Positions 1 through 15,000 of a stretch of 64,000 nt of DNA are shown here, piece after piece (positions within the stretch are counted from its first letter, which is position 1; each line of letters starts with the position of its first letter). This DNA comes from Ostrea edulis. Taxonomy: Eukaryota. The position numbers and the translations under genes are program-made. The stretch covers positions 49,848,001-49,912,000 of the forward strand of contig NC_079167.1 of assembly GCF_947568905.1 (NCBI RefSeq). Direction: 5' to 3'. The notes under the pieces are model-generated. The model saw only the letters and a program-made list of their open reading frames with translations. It was not told the origin of the DNA and made no database searches.

Positions 1-3000
1 TTGCTGGACTGTGAATTACTCATGATAACTGGTGAAGACTTCTGTCTTTGATACTGTGCAGATGACATTTGATAGATGTGATTGTTGCTGACTTGACTGA
101 TGATGTCAGAATGCTGACTGACTGTGGAACTCTGACGTGAACTGGCTTCAGAATTCTGACCATTAGAGGTCATGGAATGGGAGTCACAATGTTCACTGAC
201 CATGGAATTTTGGCGGGAATGTTCCGTCAGAGTGTTTGACGAACTCTGCCTGCTGTGGCAGGACTCGGTAAGAGTATTTGTGGAGCTCTGACGACTATGA
301 GAAGAAGAATATTGTCTGGAATTATTCACAGGATTATCTCCAGTAATAGAACTTTGCCTGGAGTGATGACCTGCATTTGATCTAGTTCCTTTTTTGTTTC
401 TTGGTAAAGTAGCCAATCCAGACTGCACAGGTGTATGAATCAAATTTTCAATGTTTTCATAATCATGGGCGTGAGCAGCACTGGGCTTAGGTTTCATTAC
501 TACATGCTGCCTAACATCAATGTGGTCTGCTGAAAGATTTGCAGGAGAGTCATCATAACTCTGAGAATGGGTCAGCCTTTTAGGTGGCAGTGAAGGTGGG
601 GTTGATGCACCAGTATCACTGTAACCTTGAGAGTCTGAATCAGAGGATGACCTCTGCGGATCCACCTGATATCGAATCACATCCACTCCAACTTTTCCCT
701 TCCCTTTCTTCAAACTTTCTTTCCTCTGAACTTCACTGACTCTGTTAAAGTTTAATGGTGGATACTTAGTGGTTCCATCTTGTGCATTCAGTGATGGACG
801 CCTATACTGGTCACTAGTGGACAGAGTATATCCATCCACTTGATCCTCCTCTATGACCTCACGCTGGACAAAGCCTCTCTGTGACCCAGACCTGTTGTCA
901 GTATAGTAAGCCTGCTCTGACTTCACTTGACCTCCAGGAAGAGGTTGTTTGATTGGCGCATTAGTTACTGGCACAGCATACTCAGAATTAACCTTCTTTC
1001 CATTCTTCCCAGTAATTGCTATGAGAAAACTAGGCTGCCTTCGGTGCTCTGAGCTGGATTGCTTTGGTCCGTCTGCATCAGGTGAATACTGGTCTGGATT
1101 GTAGACCCTGGGGTTGTTTGGATTGATCTGGTCACTAGTCTGAGACACAATAGATGAGGACTTGGAGCGTGACTGTTTGCCTCCGTCTGGTCGACTCTCC
1201 CTCTCAGTCACACCTGTACAGGTAAAATGACAAAATTACAGGTATAATAGGAATATAATGAAATCTTGATTTACAAGGCCGCCGGAAGTGGTATATTACT
1301 CATCAAGCATTCATAGTACGTTAACAGTGGGTCTCTATAATGCTTGAGTAAACACTGAAAAATCTGCACTGAGAGAAATTCTGAATTTTATGAGCTGTCT
1401 TCTGCTTTAGACTGATGCGGATCATTGATTAAAGATATCAAACCTTATCTATCAACCTGCTCATGACATAAAACTAATACCGAAAAATCTTCAAAAAGAA
1501 ATACAAAATATAAATAATGATTTATAAGAATCACCTCCAGAACCATTTCAAAGTGGAAGGGGGGGGGGGGTTACTCATTGGAAAAACATTTCAAAAACAA
1601 CATTGAGTTTTACTTGAGCAGCAACGTCAAAATCCTAATTAAAATGTATTTGTCTCATTGAGATCGTGTCATAATGAAATAAGACTCGTTTCAGATAACC
1701 TTTGTGACACATCAACACAACAAGTATAAAGCTCGTTCATCTCTATCACTGTATCAGGCTAATTGTCAAGATTCTGAACACAAAAAACACGATGGCTGAC
1801 ACACGTTATAAAGATTTTTAAATCCCCCCAAGAAAATCATAGTTCCTCACTGTTCACTGCACTTACCATCAAAATGACACTTTATCTAGTCATCCAAAAA
1901 TGAAACAGTGGCAAGAATAGTGCATTACAAAAGAAGTATGAAAACTTGAATTACCTTTCTTATTCTTTATTTAATAAAGTAATTGCAGTAATTGTGCATA
2001 CTCCTTCCTTTTTTATCTACATACACCTATCAGTTTAATAATGGCATGTGTTACTTATATACCACAGAACTCAAATTTCATGCCATGTCATTTTGAAGAC
2101 CTCCAGGTATATAAGTTTACAAACTTGATGAAAAATTCACATTTGTGACATTTTCTGCCTGTATCCCCAATATGTTAAGTGTTGCTAATTATTTCGTTTC
2201 AAAGGTATCACTTGTGTTCTAGCTTTGAAATATTAACATAACAGTTGCAAATTACTGCCAGACTCCCTGTGTAGTGATAGATTTCGAAATATGAGATTAG
2301 CTATATTGATTAGAAACCCCTTTTAACAGTCCCCAAATTTCCAACTAATCTCCCTAGGAATAATAACCTGCACTAAATGAATTATTTACACAAATCCTAT
2401 GCGACACCTTTTGAAAATAATCCAGTTACCAATCTTTTGTTTATTGATTAATGAAATACATAAAGCTATTATTCCTTTTGGAAGAAACACAAGCCATTCA
2501 TATTATAATTCTATCTGTTTATACAGAGTAACAAAGACAATTTAAAACAGTCAATTCATGTCCCAGGTCTGTCCATTAGAGACTAATAAAACATAACAAA
2601 CCAGTCTAAATGGTCCATAAAACTCCTTCTTTATTACAATGTAGACCAAGCTTAAAAAAATACCACTATTATGCCCACCAATACTGACCTTTGGAGGTAG
2701 TCCCAAAACCAGGGGCCATAACTCTTTTCTTTGGAGCAGTATCAGTGCAGATCGGGCTGGCGTTGGGGTTTGTATACAATAACAATAATGGCTGGTAACG
2801 CCCTCTTGAACATTTATCAACAACGTGTTCCCACCTTGGTCCAATCTATACAAAAACATAATGATAATTACATGAAATCTTTTATTCAAAACAATGCATT
2901 GCTGGCTGGGAAAACCCCAAAATGTGACATAAACAGTACTGATAAACATCTTTGGATGATATTCAGGTAGGATGGTAGCAGTTTGTTCCCATTATTTCAG

Positions 3001-6000
3001 ACAAGATATACAGGTCCCTCCTGCTTCAGTGACTTCAGAAGTGACTCTGTCAACCAAATACCACGGGCAACATGTCATATTTATTTCCTGTTAATGAGCA
3101 AACTGAAACTATTGTATAGGACAATTTTCTTAACATGATTCACAAAAGGGCAGTGTATTGATTATCATATCAATATTGAAATTTTTGTTTTAAACCATCC
3201 CTTTAAATTGAATATACACATCAAAGATAAACTATGGAATCAATTGAATATTTTTTTAACTTCAACATCACTTTTACCTCAGATATCAAATTATTTACTC
3301 TTGACTGATTATATTTTCTTTGGATTTTATTTTAGATCGTATATGTTGTCCCATTTCCATTGCATGTGGATAAATTGTACAGAAGTATTAAATACAGCCT
3401 CTAATGTCAGATAAAGAAAGGATTTAATTTCCTCACTTTCTAATACATCAAACTGAATGAAAAGAGAGAGAAGACACAGAATATGGCCTTCGAATCCATC
3501 TCAGGTTGCCTATTCAAGATACCTATATAAATGTATATTACATGTAATTTGATCATGGGAAGTAAATCGGCAAATGTAAATCCATTAAAAAATCTTTTTT
3601 TGAAAAGCAGATATCCCTACGTCAAATTTTCATTTCTTTATATAATTATGCACTTTGCCTGATTTTCCCATCAATTTGTCTAAATCTGGAGTCTCGTATG
3701 TCAATGGTAATTGTTTTCCGACATTTAGCAGCCATATGTTGGACGTGATATGACAATTTTTTCACCTGGCCTGTTACCAATAAATACTGATTATCCCATG
3801 TGATCATAAGATTTAAATGATATGAATTTAAAAAAATGTTGTTTTTTTTGTTGTAAGAAGTGTTGAATTATAGATAATAAGAGATAAATAGTTGAGGTTT
3901 AAACTTGGGAAAGGCTTGTGGTCACGACAATTTCACATTTGAAATTGAAGAGGCGAACATTTTTATTGCATGATTCTCATGGCCTATACCTTGTTGAGGA
4001 TATTACTTACTTCCGTCACTGTGGCGTCATCGAAGTATTTCCAAATACTGGATTTAGTGTCGTATACAAAAGTGGAATAGTGTTTTCCATAGTAACAGAC
4101 AACTGCAGACAACTGTAATCGTGGCAACTTGGTGACATCTTTACACATCACAGAGTGAAAGAGCTATCAAAAGATTCAAGTACAAAATATTCAAAGCTTT
4201 CAATATAACACTGACATTTTTCTAAACTCCTTTTTCACATTCCTTTTCATAAAACAATAGACCACAGAGATAAAAGAAATCCTTTAAATTCTTGAATTTG
4301 TAACACCCAGTAATCCTTTTCTTTCCATTGCTCCTTAAATTTCATAATCTTTTGTTTTAAATGTCATACATTTAGATTTTCATGTCTAGACCAACTAATA
4401 GATTATCAAATGGATTCCATTAATGTTCATTACTTACGTCTTGTAGTAAGATGGTGGTTCCGATGCAGCGGCAGACATCTGTAATTGTTGAAGTTTCCGG
4501 CCTTTCTGAATCCCATACAAGTCCAATACTCACTGAAATTACAAAATTACATAATTTTTAGATTGTAAAATTGACAGCTTTGAATTTATCGGCTAAAAAA
4601 CTTCATTATATGAGCAGTGTGAAGAGTCCTGTGCATACACATAGACTCCCAGCTATTGATTTATATTAGGTCTCCAAGTATTGAGTATTGCCGACTTCTT
4701 CATCTTGTACCAGACTGACATTAATAATCAAGCCAGACTCTTTCATTCGTGCTTGATGAAGCTGAAGATATGAACTCACCAACATCAGGGGAATTAAGAA
4801 GGGTCTTCCTTATCTGGACTCGCTTTCCACAGTTGTCCTGGAAACAGGTGAAAGATAATAATTATATGGAGATTAGCCATTCTGCTAGCTGAAAACCCAT
4901 TCCATCATAAAACACAAAGCAACATTCAGGGCACTTTTATCAAAGACTGTCTCTCCATTTATCTCTCCATTTTTCAGTTTACCTGAGAAACTTTTAATTA
5001 GTTTTGCAATGATTTATTAACATTATCAGTCTTCTGCTACAGAGGGCTGATGCTCTCAATGATAATTATCTCCTTATTTAGATAGGAGTAAAAGGTTTAA
5101 AGATTTTCAAATTTCTACCTGCATTAACAAGCCCAGGATGTCATAAACTTTATTCATTTGTCATAAATGTCCATGCTTGCTTGGTTTTTAGAAGGATTAA
5201 CCTATCATTATTTGTTTGCTATAATTTACATTGAAGTATTCAACTGGAAAAAGCAAGAGTCAATTTATATTTTCAGCTTTTCGTATACTAGTGCATTTTA
5301 CAGATATTACCATTTAAAGATTCTGTAAATATGTCTTTTAATTTTTATTCATTTATCTATTTTTTTTCTTTTGCAATATTCCACAATTAACAAGAAATAG
5401 TTTTTGAAATAGAACTTCAATTTATGTATTGCATAATATTTCACATATCAAATTAACCAAAGGTGGGTTTGTGGCAGTAAAGTATGCCAAATAAACTGGA
5501 GCAATAATGAAAGCATTATGCCCAGCCAGGGTATACAATTACTAATTAAAATTAATGGTAATTTAATGCCTCCCTTGGGAAAGTGAGCTTTAAACATTAT
5601 ATAAAACATTGCCTACTATGTAAATTTTAACTTACCGGGCAGTCTCGGATATCACCCTGTGCACATCCATTTCTCAGCAAGAGTCCAAATCGGTCATTAT
5701 GAATTAAGTCCCCAGTCTCTTGCATGGATCGATACTGGGACCTGCCATGAACAATAAGATAATGTTACACCCTAAGGTATAAAGCAGCCTACTGGGTCTT
5801 GATCAGCATTAACATTCTCTACTTAGAATGCAGCAAAACAGCCAACTAATGGAGATTTCTATAAATGGCTGATATTCATCAATTTCCTATTGCCAGTGGT
5901 ACTTCATGCTCATTATATGCTACCTTTGATGTAAATCAACTTCTAGAATTTGCATAAAACCTAAATTACTTTTGGTCACATTAATGTGTTATCATGTTTG

Positions 6001-9000
6001 CCCTGTCTGAATAGTGGGAATGATTTCATTTTCTTTGTTTTACTATAATTTATAAAATATAGTAGGAAAGCAAAATCTACTTCATCTTACAGCTAGACCA
6101 GTCCTCTCTTTGACAAAAACTGACAGACCATCATCACTTTTGAATACCAGAGTATAAGTTTCTTTCGTAAACATATTGGAATAATAGCATATTTGTAATG
6201 AAAAGAAATTCATCTATTCAAAAGATTTGGAATAACTTAATTCATTGTTGAATGAAATTTAAATCCCAATGGACTAATTAACAAACAAAAAAAAAAAAAA
6301 AGAATCTGAATTCATCACTCAAATTTTCCACCCCGTCATGTGTGGTTATTTCCTTTCATGGTTTGAAACCATGATTAAATTTTCTTCCACAACTATTGGG
6401 CTCGTCTTTTCATACTTACACTAAGGCATTTGTTGTAATGTAATGAACCATTTCGTGAAATCGGAGGGGTTCCGAACTTGCACCACACACACAAACCAAC
6501 TGAAAATACATCAGTGAAAATTAACCATATCATTGTTATCATTTGACAATTTATGTTGAAATCTATTGTCACTTTGACACTTGAATATCTAGCTGATACA
6601 TGAAACTGTGCCAAAAGTTGCTTTATTTAAAGGTTTTTTCTCTATATAAAAAAAAAATTATATCTTTCCTTTAAATAAGGTTTTTAATATATCCCAGGTG
6701 CCAGTGAAATTTCACTGCACGAATCTCTTCCATGTCTTTACCACTATTATAAAACTTATTTGCATCTGATAGAAGTTTTCAATTCAGCCAGGTTTAACAA
6801 TTTCGAATACACATTTAAAAGTTGAACACCTAGCACCTGGGAATTGATGTTCAGTGTTACTTGATACTGTACCTGATCAAAAATAGTCATGGTAAATTTC
6901 TGGTGAGACAAACAATGAGGAGCTGAACAGGAGTCCTCGTGATATGCATTGGCTACATGAAAATGGATCCTCCTCAAAATATTTTCCTGAAATATTGGAT
7001 TCAGATATTGGTGCTTTGTCAAATTTTATAATTGTCTGATTTCACGGAACCTTAGTGTTTGCTCTGCACTTGAGACTCAATTGCAAGAACAAGTGTATGT
7101 CAATACTACCACATATGGCATAAACCTATATTTTCATTAAAGATTTCTATTTTTTCACAACAAGCCTTTGATAGCCAATTACCTCACAAGCTGACATGAA
7201 CACTGACATGAAAGTTTTTAATGATGAAAAATTGATTAACATGCAATATTTCACTATCAAACAATTCTGGAACACAAAGTTTGTTCTAATGCTTTTTCTA
7301 ACCGAGTCTCTCTATAAAGACACGTACAAAACATTCTGCAGCATCATCCATGTGACCAAGCTGGAAGCGCTGCTGGTTTGTGAACGAGTCAGCTAGTGCT
7401 CTGCGGAGGGCATCAGGAGGTAAGGATGCTTGATCACTATACTGAAACTGGGTAAAAATGACCTGCAATGGAGAGGAGAGAACAGTATATACCAAGCTAG
7501 GGTTCCAAGCCTTATTTTCTAAATATACACAAAGACCATGCACAAACACTTTTAAGTTTAAAAGAAGGGAGGAAAACTTGATGTGTATGCATGATGTTTC
7601 ATCTGAAATCCATACCAACTTATTTTACTGACACATATTGCCACTTAGTATGCATTTTCATAGCAAACGAGTGGACACTTGTCAAAAGACTTCAATGTAT
7701 TATGTTCTTGATTTCTTTTTGAAAACTCCACATCTGAACACTCAGCAACTGACCATCTGTCTGAATTAGCCTCACCTGTATGGTCTAAAATCCCACCTGT
7801 CCAATAACAAAAGCCGTACCTATCTTTCAAAACCTAGAAGGCAAACTTTTAACACCTATCAGGTATTCTATTCAATGGGTCAACTAGCATTTTAATGGAG
7901 TTGAAAATTAGCTTTCCCTTCACAATTTCATTTTGATAAGGGTATCCATTACCTGTTTGGCTCAATTAAGAAATTTCATTTAATGCAAGATTAAAAGCTT
8001 AAAGGGTTGAGTGTTTTATTCTATACAGATGTCATTATATTTTTTCATTTCAAGAAATTCTAAAGTTCTGTTTGTGTACCCTTCTACACCATTCTGAAAT
8101 GTTCAGCAGAACCCTACAGTCCAATCATCCCCTGCATTGACTTGTAAAATGTCAAGAAAGATTTTTTAATACGATAAGCATAAAATAAAACAAACAATTT
8201 CCCAATTTCTAGGTCTGCGTAAGAAACTATACCAAATATCTGTGAAAAGTAAGGTGTAATCTTTGGAATTGATCTGATCCTTGGGGAGATACTGTACTTT
8301 TGCCTCACATACAAGGACATCAATCTCCGAACACCTGATGTCTTTAAACAAAGATCAAAGTCTGACAACCTTGTCTTATCTTATTGCTGAATCTTGTAGA
8401 GATGGTAGTTAACGAAAATTTAATCAAGTTGTTAGTCTTTTAAAGTGCTATTTTACTTTACTGATACTTGACAAAACAAAAACGAAACAACAGTATAAAA
8501 CAAATAAAAACACAACTCTTGTCTTTCGTTACTCCAGTGGAACTGATTTAGTGATTTTTATCAACCTTTCTTTTGTAGCAGTACATGCATGTATTACACT
8601 TTTTCATCAGAATTAATTATTGATTTGAAATTGATTCCTTAATCATGCATGTTGTTTGGCTTTGTCTAGGAGCTCTGATTTGTAATTGATTCCCACCCCT
8701 TTAACAAAGAGATATAAAGGTCTTACTAATGGCCAGAATGAGTCAGGTGTGCTTCTCAGAATTACAAAGAACTCTATGTAATGTTATGAACGATCACAAC
8801 ACCTACGCCATGCACCTCTGTTCTTATGTTTACGTTTGGCAGGCAAACAGAAATAAAGTACCTTGGTGTTTATAAAACAGAAATTAAACAACTTCAGCAT
8901 GTCATAGATAGGGATCTCATTTCATTGTTTAGGGTTGACAACTGAACAGAGAATAATTATTTTTTTGAATTTGTTCGTTGATTGATAAACCATTACCTAT

Positions 9001-12000
9001 GTACATTTCTGGCTTCGTCCAGTAATCATTACACAGACTTGTAAATTGATTTTGAATGTTTACATTTGTTGTGAGTTTTGTCTACTGGGTTTTTGCTTTT
9101 ATTTGGGTTTTTCCGTTCCCGTCTTTTTATCTTTAAGTGGCTGTTTGTTCCGTGATCACCTTGGGCAGGTTTACACATGAACATTCAACCAAGGCTTGGA
9201 GATTTAATGCCATAAATGGAGCTTAAAGCAGAATTATAGTCAAATAAAAAGTCTGTACTATACCCACAAATCGCCAATTCAAAGACGCTTTGACCGCTAC
9301 ATGCAATGTTGTGGTTCTGCTTTCCTATGACTAAAACTCTTACTAATAGTCTGTGGCATTGTAAAGATAGGAAATTCATTAAGAGTAATTGCACGTCGCG
9401 CCTAATCTTGTGGTAAATGGATGAATGGCTGTGCAAATTACCTTAGCCAAAAAATACAGTTACTCTTTTGTCTACCTTTTTCATTATCTTGGATGATGAT
9501 TATGCATTAAACTACAAACAAAGCCTCTGAATTGGACAATGCACACCTTAAATAAAATATGAGTTTGTCTGCTTTCAAGGCACCTGCACAATATATGTGG
9601 AGTACAATACATTAATACCAATTCATTTGCATTATGAACTAATTCTTACCTTTAATGCACAGAAGATGCAGGAGTTTCCCATGCATAAATGGCCAGATAA
9701 TCTTCTGTAACTTCGACGAAATACATCTAAGTGCCAAAAAACCTACAAAATTTAATTTTTCAGATATTCAGTACATTGATTTAATTAACATTTGAAATAA
9801 ATCCAAGACAATATAATGATTTATTACACTTTGTACACTTACTAAAAAATTATTAGAAATAATGAAACAATTAATGCAAGATTACCATATGATACTAAGA
9901 TTATGAAGAAAAAGAATGGTTTTTATCTTATTTCATTAATGTTCTTAAGATACAATCTTCCTTTCTGTTTTGCATATATGCAGACTTGTCCATTATTGAT
10001 GAAATGATCATATTGCTCATCAAAAGTCTCTGTCATTTCAGGTAAAATGAAAAGATCCCATCAATATCAGACACAAGAGATGCCTGGAGTACACGGAAAA
10101 TCAATAGACTACAGGGTATTAAACATCCCACGTGTGGCATCTTTGAGTTAAGAGACAAAATCATTCATTCTTAATGATTTTCCCTCAAACCTCATGAAGT
10201 TGAAAATTTATAGATTAATGGGCAATCTGAAAGCGTTCTGATACCCCATTGTATTGATGAACCATACAATACTAAATTATAAATTTACACTGTATTGTTG
10301 AATCATACAATTCTAAATTATAAATTTACACTTGACTTGTACAATACTAACTCATAACTCCAGCTAATGTGAGATATGCTCTACAATAAACTTTAAACAC
10401 AAACGAGGAAATCAGTGTTAGGGGTGGACCTTAAGCCAACTATACTCAGCACAAATAGACATTCAGGCAAAGCAAACACTCCAACCAAAGAGTCTGTTTC
10501 CTTTCTATTCTGCCTTACTGCTAATGCTCTCCTAATCAGACCCAATTCAGTTTATCGTGTAATTCTTACAGGTGTCCCTAGGTGAGATCACCGGAAATAC
10601 AAACCGACAGTTTTTTCTTTTTAGACTTTCCAAAATGGGTCAACTTCAACATTAGTACAAATATTCCATTCATAAATCATGTAAGATTTCCGCTCATTAC
10701 TTTTACTGATGTCATCAAGCTTCTCAAAGAGAAATTTTATTCATACAACAATAGTCAGTTACTAAAATTAGCACCAATTTCTGAATGAATTTGTGCAGTT
10801 TAGGTACAACTTTTCTAATTAATATTCAGGCATCTCATTGATAAAAGCAATTGAATGGAATGTGAATTCTGCTGAGGCAGCAAGGTCTGACCCTCTGGTT
10901 CAGAATAATGTAGTATATGAAAAGGTCATGATAACTTGGCAGTTATGATTTTCAAGGACAGTGATTCATGCTAAATCCAATATGACTCAGTTTCAGTGTA
11001 TACATTTCAAGGATGACCAGAAAAACAAGCTATTTAACAGTCCTGTATTGCCAGTTATGATGGCCCTCACAGGTGAAATGTTGTTCTATCTAAGTATGTA
11101 CCTGGGATACTTCAGTGCACTTTGTCCAATGATAAAGGAGGTAAAAGTTCTGTTATCTCTCACTGTGTGATATGGAACAAAATTCTTCCTGCCATCAATC
11201 ATTACCACCTTACACTTATAACCCACCATAGTTATAAATTTACACAGTGTTATCTCCCTTGTTCCAGATTATCTTTTTGGGGAGAGAGACATTGCAAGTG
11301 AAATGATGATAAGGACCCATTATTTTACAGCAGACTTTGAAAAGTGACATTGTACATGGCTGTACATTGGTGACAAAATCTAGAAATTAACAAGATAAAC
11401 TAAACGTGTTCCTCCCCTTGTGAGATTGAGATGTAACAATCTGAGAATGCCCATATGTAGACACCTGTGGGAATTGGTGACACCTGGATAAAATGTCTTG
11501 GGAAGATGCAGACAACAAATACCATTTTCTGAGCATTCATTAAGCATCAGATAAAGCATCATTCAAATGATAAAAGCAACTGCTAAAATATATATAACGT
11601 GTAGTTATAGGTGTGATGTATCAAATACATGTTACAATTTTGAAGAATTAATCTTGAGGTTTCATTTTCTTTAAGCATGAAGCCCATCTTCTTTTTTCAC
11701 AAAATGTCAAACATTTCTAACAAGTTTATACTTTTTGTGTTAATAATTATTTCATGTATACAATGCTATTTATGAGTTTTTGATGACTCCAAGCATGTAA
11801 TACAGACCTGCTCTGTCATGTTTTCTTAATAAGGTTGGGAGAAGCACCTTGTAATCTATTAAGGACAATTTGTACTGGTACATCTTTTATTAGTGACAAT
11901 TGTGTTCAAGTAATACACACACCTTCAAAACGTTTTGCACATCTGAAAATTGAGCAAAGTCTAAAAGAAAATTATTAACAATATTTTGTTAATCTATCTT

Positions 12001-15000
12001 TTTGATTCCCATGCATTCTTTACTGGCGACATAGTCATATTCTCTACATTTTCATGTTCGTGTCAGAACGCAGCCTGAAGTTATCAGATAACTGACTCCA
12101 AAAGACCTAAGCTCAGTTTTAAGTTCCATTTTCATGTGGTACATTTTAGATTTCTCATAGTAAAAAAAATCCTACTGCTGCCCCTAGCAATGATCTTGTG
12201 TTAAATGTCCCAAACATAATGAAGTAGAGAGATAGACCACAACCTGACAAACTGTTAACATCTCCCCAGGCTTCTTCTGAACAGTTAGCTGTTTACCCAA
12301 TAAAGTGAAATTGAAGTGTTTCTAGCTGGAAGTTTCTAACTCTTCAGACAATTGAAGGTGCACTTTTCTGGTTGGATGGGTCCATTATGATGCTTCTCAA
12401 CAAAATTATCCTCTTTGAGGATAGAATTCACTGCAATTACATCATTTTCAAATTGCCTCCTTCATGTCTACCTAGTTCAAATAATTATATCTTTTCCTAT
12501 GGGAAAAAAAAGTGTTTCACCTGTAATTTTTTTTCATGTGAAAACATCTGAAGATGCTTTGAGCAGTGAACCTTTTCCGAGTTGTTTCAAAATTGCAGGT
12601 TTTTCTTATTTCAAATTACTAATTTTGAACGGCAAGCTAGTTAACCTCCATACCTAAAACACATATTGACTATACAGACAACTTTTGAGTTGATCTACTA
12701 CATATCATACAACACCCTTACTCTATTAACCCGTTAAATGTCTTTTATAGTATGAAAAAACCCAACCCGGTAACACTGCTTTATTCAGTAAATAGTCTGG
12801 ACTGAGCAACAAGCTATGCCTTTATAGCTGTCTTCTCTGTGGTCCCTCTATACATGATATGAAGCACCTCCTCACCCATAACTGATGGTCATCACAATTT
12901 TATGACCAAATCTCTGGTAATATATCCACCATGCACACACAACAAGATACAGTGTTATTGGTTAGCTGACTGAAAGGATTCCAACTAGCTCTGGGCCTTT
13001 ATGTAAACAGTTACAGTTCTAAATGTCTAGTACTAAGTGTTCTCACAACTATGAACAGACCCATCATTTGACATTGGAAGGTGTTTGATCTAATTTGCAA
13101 CTTTCTGGAAAGATGTAAATTCTAGCTGGAATTTCTCACTCAATTCAATAGTACCATGCTTGAGGTCACATATACCTCTACAAATTTCTCACTTAATTTG
13201 ACAATTGTACACCTAGGAGAAAGTCTTTGAATAGTATTGATTCTCTTGGCTCAGGGGCATGCTATTGAAGGTGTTGAAGCTTAGTACTAACAAATGTGTC
13301 ATATAAATGCTCTGCATTACTAGATGATCAAAATGCTTGATAATCCTGGAGTTATCATCAACCGTACCACATTCACCTAGCACCCCTGTCATAATGTGTC
13401 ACAACTCTTCTCCACATATAATGTTAAAAGGACATTTGAAAATATGATAAATATAACATTTTCTCCGTGCATTCATGCATGAGATGATACTGCCTGTAAT
13501 TTCTTTGATCAATAAATCCAATCAATAAACATTATGTACCAGGTATCATTTCACAGCCTTGTAACATGTCCTCACCTTTATACTCTGTTTGAAATACGAC
13601 ATTTTACCCTTGCATAATTCCTAATGATGCTCCCAATGAGTCTCACTCATTGATGAATCAATTCCTAACGAAACTACAAACAATACCAAGGTAACCAAAC
13701 ACACCATAAATAGCTATGACAATTATGGTCACAGAAAAACTACGCCTATGACTTAGTCATCCAGGTAAACAATTTTACCAATCACAGGTTTCGCAGCTGC
13801 TGAATCTCCAACAAAACCTCCAGCAACAGGTGTGACAGTCTGGTCTGTCTGGAAGCCTTTCACCACTAACAATATCTGCTTGTCACATTTATCGCCAATG
13901 GTCAATAGGGGATAATGCATTCTGCACTGTCTGAAGCAACATTAATCTCTTTCTCTCTGACTACAGGTTTGCACTGTATAATTTGATTTTAGGCAAACCA
14001 TAATATTTATTCAACCCAAATCTTGATTCAGGTACAGAAAGTAAAAGTTTCATGGCAGGGAATGTTTTTTCTCCAAATTAAGAAACCCTTAAACCTGGAA
14101 TTAACTACAATTTATTATCTATTTATAGTTACCAAAGAATTTTGACAACAAGATGTGTTTGTGAAACACTGATGCCCCCATATGGCCAAACTCCATAAAT
14201 TTTGGTATGAAAATGGTTAATATAGACCTAAAGTAGGTCAAACTCCAAGGACAAGGTCATGAGGCCAAATCTTTTGTCTCGCTACCTAAAGAAGTCAAAA
14301 GGAATACACATATGAAATTTGATTTAATTGAAAACCCTAGTACTACCCATTCAAAAGTTATGGCCAAGGTTAAAGTTTTTGAAAAGAAGGCAAAAATCCA
14401 AGGTAAAGGCCACAAGGTCAAATATTTTCATACCAAAAGAAAGGTCTTGTCATAAGGAATACGCATATGAAATATGGAAGCCATATATATCACTTATCCA
14501 TTCAAAAGTTATGGCCAAGGCTAAAGTTATTGCAGATGCCAAAAGCTATGCCTCTGAATCTCCAATTTTGGAATAAAAACCTCCTTACCCAGACCTACCA
14601 GGTATATAAAATCTGTAATCACTTGTGATTTTGATCTCAGAAATGTTAGGCACAGATAAGGGGTCAGGTGGCACATGATGTATTTGCTATAGGAGATCTA
14701 TCAGGATTTTATCTACCTTTTCTTACTTCTGGTCTCTATCTACAATCTAGATAAACAACCTAGCACAACTCTGTTGCTACCTGTGGAGGGGGTTGATATG
14801 TATGTAAATCAGCCATGTCACACTATATATTCCTTCAAGAATAAGTAAACTTTAATGGCTGACAAAATCTGAATTTGTAATGAGGTGCAAAGTAAAAACT
14901 ACACATAAAAATGTGATGGATTTTGCAACATCTCTTTGTGCAAGAAAGAAAAAACATGTATTTTGATGCAAATCTTAAAAGTATAGTCAAGAAGATTTGT

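Noticed and set aside
2551-2970. 132-aa and 79-aa ORFs
   Set aside because: They are off-frame or antisense readings overlapping USP54 exon 2845-2689.
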